Virus record (IMG/VR): IMGVR_UViG_3300031938_000009
Span: 1 to 41,494 of that record
Direction: 5' to 3' (one strand)
Source of the DNA: a virus
Lineage: Duplodnaviria > Caudoviricetes
Length of the DNA stretch: 41,494 nucleotides
Shown: positions 34,651-41,494 of the stretch, piece by piece
Numbering within the stretch: the stretch's first letter is position 1
Layout of the letters: each line of letters opens with the position of its first letter
Translations under genes and position numbers: made by a program
The notes under the pieces: generated by a model
Database searches by the model: none
Seen by the model: the letters and a program-made list of their open reading frames with translations, nothing else
Told to the model about the DNA's origin: nothing

Positions 34651-34827
34651 TTACTTGCGTGTGTAGCCGGAATCCAGCAGCGTCTCAACGATGCTGTCAG
34701 GCACCGTAGACTCGTGACCGGAAGGGCCAAGAACCACCGTGTAACCCTCGGCTACCGGCTCAGCTACCTTCATGAGGTCGTCAGTCGTTACGACCGGCGA
34801 TTCCTCAGTATTCCTACGTGCAGCCAT
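34651..34827 (-). CDS. 58-aa hypothetical protein (not in ORF track)
   Basis: AAGGAG RBS; MAARRNTEE...LLDSGYTRK. Confidence 0.65.
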   Translation of the reverse strand: MAARRNTEESPVVTTDDLMKVAEPVAEGYTVVLGPSGHESTVPDSIVETLLDSGYTRK

Positions 34828-34831
34828 GCGG

Positions 34832-35434
34832 CTACTCCTTTTCTGGGAACAAATCCCCGTAAGTTGCTAGCATCTCCCGAGCCCACGCAACCTTGTCCTC
34901 AACCCGCTGCCCCGAAGGCTGCGAACGGGACCAAAGTTCCAAGTTCTCGGGTCGATTGTCAGAGCGGATGCCGTTCTTGTGATGGACGTTCTCAGCGTCC
35001 AAAAGTGGGCGCCCGAGAATGTCCTGCATCACCTTGCGGTGTTCAAGAATCTGCCCGTACTTTCCATTCGTTTTTGCGCCTGGATAGTCTGCGGGAACTC
35101 CAACCACCACGTAGCCGGATGAGTTGGTGTAACGCTTGCCCGATTCACGCCGATAGGCATACATGCAAGCGCGACCGCAAAACGTACTCTCGCTGTACTG
35201 GCTCTGCGCTTTGGTCACGATAGTCCCGCATCTGAGGCAAGGCACCGACCGGCGGGAGTCCGGGTAGCGTTCGGCGTTTATCTCCCGCGCCCTCTCGGAC
35301 CTCCGCTTAGACACTGAGTAGCACCGGTGGTTGCAATAGAACCTAGGCGCGTCCGCTGATTTCAGCCGCGTCACGGGAGCCCCGCAGTGGTCGCACGGCT
35401 TGGTGATGCGCTCTCGACTTCTTACGTTCCCCAA
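34832..35434 (-). CDS. free-standing HNH homing endonuclease
   Basis: two CxxC..C/FC repeats; EHRKVM..LGRPL..ENVHHKNG.RSDNRPENLELW. Confidence 0.85.
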   Translation of the reverse strand: MGNVRSRERITKPCDHCGAPVTRLKSADAPRFYCNHRCYSVSKRRSERAREINAERYPDSRRSVPCLRCGTIVTKAQSQYSESTFCGRACMYAYRRESGKRYTNSSGYVVVGVPADYPGAKTNGKYGQILEHRKVMQDILGRPLLDAENVHHKNGIRSDNRPENLELWSRSQPSGQRVEDKVAWAREMLATYGDLFPEKE

Positions 35435-35504
35435 CTCTGCCTCCCCAGTAGTTTTGCTACTACCAGTTTAACAGAGTTAGACTACGTGAGATCCGCCGGA
35501 TTTA

Positions 35505-36407
35505 TCAGGCGTTATTTGCGTAACGTACGAAACTCGCAGCGTCATTAACCAGGAAGCCATATTCAGCTTCAGCCAGGATCGCAACCAGGTTGTTCTCCCA
35601 GAGGGAGGTCAGAACACCGTTGATGGTCACGGTGGCCTCGGTGGAGACGTTGTAGGAGATTTCCCCAACAGCACCCCAAGCAGCCTGCGACCAGTCACCA
35701 GCGAAACCATAGGTCTTCGTGGTGGCGTCGTAGATACCATCACCGATGTAAGCCGGGCGACCCAGGAGGCGACCCTGTCGGACGGGGCCGGCAGTCTCAG
35801 TGAACGGCGACTCAACGAACAGCGGGCGGTTAGCCGTGTCCTTGGAACCGTTCAGGACGGGCTCGAAGCGGTTGTCGAACGCGAAGCCGGTCAGCTTCTT
35901 GCCAGCGTTAACCAGCGTGGACAGGCCGGCGTTCAGGTCACCGTAAACATCAGTGAACGCGGGCGTGGTGCCGGTGAACTCCTGAACCGAAGAGCCCGTG
36001 GCAAGGTTGGTGGCGAACGGCGAGGAAGTGCCGTACATGGCAGCGGCGTCGAACGCGGTAGCGAAAGCCTCAGCGATCTGCGGACGAATCAGGTCCACAT
36101 AACCGCCGGGGTTAGCACGCAGGACTTCAGCGGAGACAACCGCGATAGCGGCAATCTTCTTCGGGTCCATTGTCTTGAGAGCCATCGAGCCCTTGGACGC
36201 AGGCTTCTGCGCACCTTCAGCGACCCAGCCGGCCTGAACCTTGCCGGTAACAACCGGGATCGACTGGCCGTTGATGCCGAGCGGAACACGCGGGGCGAGC
36301 TGCTGAACCACAGAAATCTTGGCAGCCTGCTCAAAGATAGCCGCAGACTGGTCACGGTTCAGGAAACCGGAAAAGTCCGAGAGTTTGGTTGCGGCGGTAA
36401 TCGCCAT
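35505..36407 (-). CDS. major capsid protein (HK97 fold)
   Basis: AGWVAEG..KP, KKIAAI..VS.E.L, GDWSQ, ENNLVAILAEAEYG. Confidence 0.9.
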   Translation of the reverse strand: MAITAATKLSDFSGFLNRDQSAAIFEQAAKISVVQQLAPRVPLGINGQSIPVVTGKVQAGWVAEGAQKPASKGSMALKTMDPKKIAAIAVVSAEVLRANPGGYVDLIRPQIAEAFATAFDAAAMYGTSSPFATNLATGSSVQEFTGTTPAFTDVYGDLNAGLSTLVNAGKKLTGFAFDNRFEPVLNGSKDTANRPLFVESPFTETAGPVRQGRLLGRPAYIGDGIYDATTKTYGFAGDWSQAAWGAVGEISYNVSTEATVTINGVLTSLWENNLVAILAEAEYGFLVNDAASFVRYANNA

Positions 36408-36435
36408 AACGTTCTCCTAAAGGAAAGTGGGCAGC

Positions 36436-36924
36436 CTATTTACGGATGCCGAGTTTGCTTGTAAGCGCATCCAACAGCGGGTCGCCATTGAGCGCGTGCG
36501 CCTGACCACTAGCCCCTTGGGAAGGGTCAGGCTTCGGGGTGCCGGGAGTGTTCAACCGGGCCAGGAGTTTGTCGGCCTTCGCGGCCATATCTTCCTCCGT
36601 CTCGCCAGTCAGGAACTCGATCATGTCCGCCGGTACGCCCTTCATGAGAGCGACCTGGCTGCGTGCGTGATCCTTACGGAGCGACGCCAGTTCCGCAGCG
36701 GCATCAGCCGCCGCCTTATTGGCGCGTTCGATGTCCGAGAGTTTCGCGTCTTCGATGCCCTGAAGCTTCGCGGTGAGTTCAGCAATGGTCTTATCCGCCG
36801 CTTTCCGAGCATCGCGCTCAGCCTGCAACGCCTTAACGCCACCCTCACCCAGCGTCTCCACAGGTTCCTGACTAACAGCCTCCACATTCTCAGCAGGGGC
36901 AGTAGTGGTTGTTTCTTCCGACAT
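36436..36924 (-). CDS. scaffolding protein
   Basis: LGEGGVKALQAER..coil..PKPDPSQG; GGAGGA RBS. Confidence 0.85.
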   Translation of the reverse strand: MSEETTTTAPAENVEAVSQEPVETLGEGGVKALQAERDARKAADKTIAELTAKLQGIEDAKLSDIERANKAAADAAAELASLRKDHARSQVALMKGVPADMIEFLTGETEEDMAAKADKLLARLNTPGTPKPDPSQGASGQAHALNGDPLLDALTSKLGIRK

Positions 36925-36994
36925 AGTTTGTCCTCCGTCGCGGATGGAAAAACCCCCGAAGCATCGCGCATGGGGGAGAAATAGGGAGTACGGA

Positions 36995-37999
36995 CTAGAC
37001 AACCCAGCCGTACAGTTTCAGAAGACGCTTAGCGTCCTCATGGTCTTTAGCGACCTTGTAAATGGACTCAGGCATAAGGCGAGGGGACTTCAGCCGGTAA
37101 TACTTCGACCCGTCCTTAAAAATGCCCTGCTCCTTGACGTACTGCGCCTGCGACATCTGCCAGTAAGCGTGACCGCGACGCGTCGTACCCTCACGGGTGT
37201 ACTTGATACCCACACCATGAACCTGCGCCGGCCTGACCGCACCAGAACGCCTGTAAGCGTTAATTAACTGGTTCATGTCCGCGCCATCACGGAACGCTTG
37301 CCCGTTAGCCTTAGACCCAAGGGCCTGGTCCTGCTCAGCCTCGGACAACTCCGACAGGTAAGCGTGCGGATCCGTCCGCGCATCATCGCCAGTGTCTTCA
37401 GTGGACGGAACGTTGCGGCAGTCGCATCCAGGGTGACGGTTGAACGCCTCCGAATGATACGAGCGCTTCCCCGCTAAGATCACACACCGACCGCACGAGG
37501 GCGGGTTAAGCATCCGCGTCCACGTCCGCACCCGATGAGCGCCACCAGAAACCTTCTCAGCAGAACGCCCAGTATCAGACAGCAACGTCCCCGAAGAAAC
37601 CGACAAGAACTTACCCGCCGACTCCAACGCGAACCCCGGACTCATCCCCGAAGCAACAGCAGCCTTAGCCCGAACCACAGACCCATAAGCCATCGACGCA
37701 ACAGGCAAACCGTCACCAGCAACACCGACAAACCGGGAACCCTCAGAGACATAATCAGGATCCCCAGCAGATTCCCCGAGGACATCCGGCACATACGCCA
37801 GAGCCCCCGAGGCAACCCGCTCCTGAGCCGAGAACAACACACTGAGCAGAGCCGGCTCGATCCGGGCATACGACGCATCAAAATCCGTGCCCATCCCAGA
37901 CCACAACCGGCTAACCGCCGCTAACGCCGCCTGAATCTCCAACCGCTGGTCCCGCGAGTACCTGATCGCCGCTTGCGGAACCGTCTGCAACAGTTGCAT
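36995..37999 (-). CDS. MuF-like minor head protein
   Basis: W.R....SCGRCVILAG..F.RHPGCDC. Confidence 0.7.
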   Translation of the reverse strand: MQLLQTVPQAAIRYSRDQRLEIQAALAAVSRLWSGMGTDFDASYARIEPALLSVLFSAQERVASGALAYVPDVLGESAGDPDYVSEGSRFVGVAGDGLPVASMAYGSVVRAKAAVASGMSPGFALESAGKFLSVSSGTLLSDTGRSAEKVSGGAHRVRTWTRMLNPPSCGRCVILAGKRSYHSEAFNRHPGCDCRNVPSTEDTGDDARTDPHAYLSELSEAEQDQALGSKANGQAFRDGADMNQLINAYRRSGAVRPAQVHGVGIKYTREGTTRRGHAYWQMSQAQYVKEQGIFKDGSKYYRLKSPRLMPESIYKVAKDHEDAKRLLKLYGWVV

Positions 38000-39329
38000 T
38001 AGAATCCTTCGCGTTCAACAGGGACAGGTACGGGTCATTCATCTCAGCGTCAAAGTTTTCCTGCTCCTGCGCCATACGGGCATCAGACCAGCCCATCTCA
38101 GTCCACACACCCTTACGGGACAGCACCGCGCCGCCACCATGCAGTTTCGTAAGCGCATCGGCCTTCTGAGCGAACGTCGGGGTGCCAGCATCGAACCATT
38201 CAGTCTTGATCTGGTTAGCCGCCGGCCAGTCGCCCGTGCGGAACCGCTCGCAAACACCCATCACCCAAGCCCAGCCGTCACCATCACTGGCGTTCTTGTC
38301 CTCAACATTCAGGACAAGCCGCGACTCGTCCGCGCGGATAGCGCCCTCAGCCGCCGGGTTCACACTGTTCTGGCCCAGATAACGGAGAGGCAAACCAGTG
38401 ACAGACGCAACGGCTTCGGCTTCCATCTTGATCGTGTCGTGGAAGTTCTTCAGGTCCGCGGCGTCGAACTGGCCGACCTTGGCGTCCTTGTTTCCGTTCG
38501 CCCAGATCGCACCCATGTACGACTCCCAAACCGGGATCGGCGCACCTTTACCGTCAACGAAATCGCCCTTAGACATGCCAACAACCCACCGCTTAGGGAT
38601 AGCGATAGTCTCAGCAGCAACCTGCATGTTGGTCAGCTGCCGCCCAACAATGTCAACGTGGGGGATAACGTCAGTCATCTCCGACTCGCCCGACCACTCA
38701 CCCGTAAGGCGCCGGTTCAGGAACATCACAATAGGAACACGGCCAAGATTGTGATCGTCCCGGTCGATTTCCTGCCACTCCTTATCAACCTGCTCATACC
38801 AAGCAGTCGAATTAGGAAGATACAGGGTCGCCAGTGTGGGCTCAGGCTTATCCGCCGTCACACCGTACAAACGCAACGCAGAACTGATACGCCGGGTACG
38901 CGGATCCACCAACGCAGTCATCTCCCGCGGAGACTCAACCGTAACCAGCGGGTGCGTAGGATCGTCCGGGTTAGAACCAATGCACGCGAAAGCCCGCCCA
39001 TAAATGAGCTTGTCCTTATGCAACAGTGCCGACTCGGAATCAAGGTTGTTCGCGTCCCAATGCTCACGCAATACAGTCGCAGACTCAGCCTCACCAGGAA
39101 GAATGAAAGACTTCACCTTCTGCCGGACAGCCACCGAATCAACAGCAACCCGGTTCCAGTTCAGAACAGCCTCAAACTGACGCAGCTCAGGCGGAACAGC
39201 CAACCCAATATGAGTAAGAGTCTGCTTACCCTTGTAATACTTCAGCATCAACTCATCAGACTTCGCATTCGCGCTAGCCTGCTCAGTGTGAGCCTTGAAA
39301 AGGGCTGCAATTTCCGGCGTCAAAGCCAC
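37911..39329 (-). CDS. portal protein (SPP1 gp6-like)
   Basis: YYKG.Q, NW..VAVD, WDANNLD, H.LG.VP.V. Confidence 0.9.
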   Translation of the reverse strand: MALTPEIAALFKAHTEQASANAKSDELMLKYYKGKQTLTHIGLAVPPELRQFEAVLNWNRVAVDSVAVRQKVKSFILPGEAESATVLREHWDANNLDSESALLHKDKLIYGRAFACIGSNPDDPTHPLVTVESPREMTALVDPRTRRISSALRLYGVTADKPEPTLATLYLPNSTAWYEQVDKEWQEIDRDDHNLGRVPIVMFLNRRLTGEWSGESEMTDVIPHVDIVGRQLTNMQVAAETIAIPKRWVVGMSKGDFVDGKGAPIPVWESYMGAIWANGNKDAKVGQFDAADLKNFHDTIKMEAEAVASVTGLPLRYLGQNSVNPAAEGAIRADESRLVLNVEDKNASDGDGWAWVMGVCERFRTGDWPAANQIKTEWFDAGTPTFAQKADALTKLHGGGAVLSRKGVWTEMGWSDARMAQEQENFDAEMNDPYLSLLNAKDSNATVADGSASGDQVLAGPAVGDSGGVSGG

Positions 39330-39341
39330 AATGGCCCCTTC

Positions 39342-39944
39342 CTAACGAAACACAAACATTCGATTGTCTTGAACCTCGCCCCAACCCGCCTCATGAGCGT
39401 CAGCCGCGGCAGTATGAGCAAGGATCCGGGCCATAATCGCGTCGATCTTCTGATGCTGCGCCGGCTTCCCAAGGATGTACTTCTGACCAGGCTTAGCGAT
39501 CTTCTTAGCGTTCGCCGCATGGACCGCAGCAATCGGGCAACCATCATGAGTGGTCCGACCCTGCGCCAAATCAATCTCAAACCGGCGAATCTCCGGAAAC
39601 ATACGGCTAACCTGGTTCGTGGGCCACTCGAAAACGTGCTCGTCACCGTACTTCAGAGCCCAATCACCAATCTCCGAATACCAGTCCTGCGGGTCGCAGT
39701 ACATCCGGGCAACCGTGTACCGTTCCATCAGTTCATCGACGGCAGCGTGAACCTCACCGCGGGGGATAGAGCCGTCCCACTCAGCCGGATTCCACACCGT
39801 AGGCCGGTCATCCGGCCCGTAGCGTGGCGTGAACGTTAAGCCGTCCAACGTCTCACCCTGAATAGCGGTGAAGTCGTCGCTTTCGGAACCGTCGAACCCG
39901 AGACAGACCAAAGAACCAGGTTCCGGGTTAGGCAGCCACACCAT
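39342..39944 (-). CDS. terminase large subunit, nuclease domain
   Basis: CLGFDGS.SDD.TA, YCDP, KID; start 39944 or 39974. Confidence 0.8.
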   Translation of the reverse strand: MVWLPNPEPGSLVCLGFDGSESDDFTAIQGETLDGLTFTPRYGPDDRPTVWNPAEWDGSIPRGEVHAAVDELMERYTVARMYCDPQDWYSEIGDWALKYGDEHVFEWPTNQVSRMFPEIRRFEIDLAQGRTTHDGCPIAAVHAANAKKIAKPGQKYILGKPAQHQKIDAIMARILAHTAAADAHEAGWGEVQDNRMFVFR

Positions 39945-40983
39945 TTCCTGCGTAAGCGCCATCCCACAAACCATCCTTCAACCAAGCACCAAGACCGTGC
40001 ACAATCCGGTTCCCATAGAAGCGTTCCGCCTGTGACGGGTCCGTTTCCATAAGCTCCGCAGCCTCAGCCTCAATAGCGTTCAAATCAACCCACGGAGAAC
40101 CCGCATACACGTACTTATGGATCTTGTGACGGTCAGCCTTGTTCTTATAGGACAAATCAGCCGGCGGCTTCCGGTAAAAGCGGTAAATGTCAGTAGCTTT
40201 AGACTCAAAAGTCCGCTGCGCAGAACTGTTCTCAGCCGGATTCCACGGGTTCGTCCACTCAATAGACCGACCCGCCATGCCAGCAAGACCACGCTGCATC
40301 GTTTGCTGAACACGAACCATCTTGTTCTGCTCCGTGTAAATGCCAGACTCATCAAAGTTCGCAAAGTTAATCGGGTTACCCAGACGCGACATAGCCGAGC
40401 TAGTGACAGCCTCGATCTTCCCGTTCTCAGGAAGCCGCACAAACTGCTCACCAGTCTTCATAATCTCGTCCAGCGGCCCGCTGCGGACCATCGCCTGCAA
40501 AGGCCGGTACACGTTATCGACCTGCTCTTCCGAAGTGGCCACAAGCTGGATAAGCGACGTCTTCCGGGGGATACCCATCGCATCGCCAGGCTCATACTCA
40601 TACACGAACCCGCACCCACAACCGCCATCGCGGCAGTCGTAAACCTCGCCACCCTCAGCCCAGCCGCCGAAAATACACGGGCCCACAGCCTCAAAGCATG
40701 TAATAGCCGCAGATAAAGGGCCCTTGCCCGTCTTCTGAGGCGCAACCACCTGCGAGCGACGGTAAGTGAACGCAGGCGCCAACACCGGACGCGCGGGAAT
40801 CCACTTAGCATCACGCTTCACCCGATAATGGTTAGCAATGATCTGCAACTGCCAATCAGACGGGATAAACGGCGTGCCCTTGTCGTAACCATCAGGCACC
40901 GAACAATGCTGCTCGATCCAATCCGCGCCCAAAAACCCTAGAGTCTGCCCAGCAGGAAACGCAATCGTGAACTCATCCGTCAT
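39928..40983 (-). CDS. terminase large subunit, ATPase domain
   Basis: Walker A PQKTGKG, ATSEEQ, Walker B NFDE. Confidence 0.85.
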   Translation of the reverse strand: MTDEFTIAFPAGQTLGFLGADWIEQHCSVPDGYDKGTPFIPSDWQLQIIANHYRVKRDAKWIPARPVLAPAFTYRRSQVVAPQKTGKGPLSAAITCFEAVGPCIFGGWAEGGEVYDCRDGGCGCGFVYEYEPGDAMGIPRKTSLIQLVATSEEQVDNVYRPLQAMVRSGPLDEIMKTGEQFVRLPENGKIEAVTSSAMSRLGNPINFANFDESGIYTEQNKMVRVQQTMQRGLAGMAGRSIEWTNPWNPAENSSAQRTFESKATDIYRFYRKPPADLSYKNKADRHKIHKYVYAGSPWVDLNAIEAEAAELMETDPSQAERFYGNRIVHGLGAWLKDGLWDGAYAGNGVAA

Positions 40984-41434
40984 TCCCCACAACCTTTAGA
41001 CGGGCACGCGACGAAGAACGGGCCTTACCAGCCGTACCAGTAGCCTTCAGATCACCCTCAGACGGCGCAATCTTCCAGCCATTCTCACGAAGACCAGCCG
41101 GCGTCAAACCAATCTGATCCCCAAGCCGAATCACCTGAGACACCAAAGCAGCGTTCGCCTCAACATCCTCCATACGAACCGACCAGCGAACATACATCGC
41201 CACAATCCGCCACCGCCAAGGCTCAGCAGACCAAGCAGCAGCCTGCGGAGTCCGCCACAACGAACCCCAAACCTTAGCCTCACGGTCGCTCAACCCAGGC
41301 AAAGGGAAGTCGGGAACCAAGCCGGCATAACCCTCCGGCGGCAAAGCATGAAACACCACACCCTGAACCGCGGAAGTCAACGACTCCGGATCCTTCTGAG
41401 GCCCAGACCTGTTACGAGAACCACCACGAGTCAT
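40973..41434 (-). CDS. terminase small subunit
   Basis: GG.RNRSGP, W..LWRTPQA.AW, IGLTPAG; first gene of the genome. Confidence 0.85.
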   Translation of the reverse strand: MTRGGSRNRSGPQKDPESLTSAVQGVVFHALPPEGYAGLVPDFPLPGLSDREAKVWGSLWRTPQAAAWSAEPWRWRIVAMYVRWSVRMEDVEANAALVSQVIRLGDQIGLTPAGLRENGWKIAPSEGDLKATGTAGKARSSSRARLKVVGNDG

Positions 41435-41440
41435 GACAGC

Positions 41441-41494
41441 CTCCCAAAAGTTGAACCCTCAAATGTTTGAACCCCAAAAACCATCGACTCCCCA
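41441..41494 (-). repeat. genome-end repeats near the presumed cos site
   Basis: TTGAACCC at 41451 and 41467. Confidence 0.4.

Noticed and set aside
38139-39839. 566-aa plus-strand ORF
   Set aside because: Antisense shadow of portal and terminase; no motifs; expected from codon bias in high-GC DNA.

Overview
The window looks like an essentially complete, about 41.5 kb temperate siphovirus genome from an actinobacterial host, probably Arthrobacter or another Micrococcaceae (inferred from gene content and the tRNA-Leu-like att core). It is given in reverse orientation. Reading from the right end on the minus strand: small terminase, a large terminase split into ATPase and nuclease genes, portal, minor head protein, scaffold, major capsid, an inserted HNH, connector and tail genes, a -1 frameshifting tail chaperone, tape measure, Dit/Tal and minor tail genes. 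Next come a lysis cassette (membrane protein, collagen-like membrane protein, M23 endolysin, holin) and two receptor-binding-like genes (SGNH and LamG-like). The centre holds a tyrosine integrase with attP, small accessory cassettes, an ImmA/IrrE metalloprotease, a double-HTH repressor and a divergent cro. The left arm carries xis, MazG-like, RecE-like, NrdH-like, SSB, replication initiator with internal iterons, RusA-like, a late regulator, a DEDD exonuclease and a terminal HNH. The most notable signals are non-coding. (1) A PafBC/RecA-NDp-type DNA-damage promoter sits in front of the anti-repressor protease. (2) A duplicated, covarying two-hairpin 5' leader RNA flanks attP-int. (3) A hairpin loop can pair with either the tail-chaperone Shine-Dalgarno or a decoy site. 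(4) A long multi-hairpin RNA follows the late promoter. (5) AACCAGA direct repeats phased at 10 bp occur at many promoters. All calls come from reading the sequence by eye; no searches were run.
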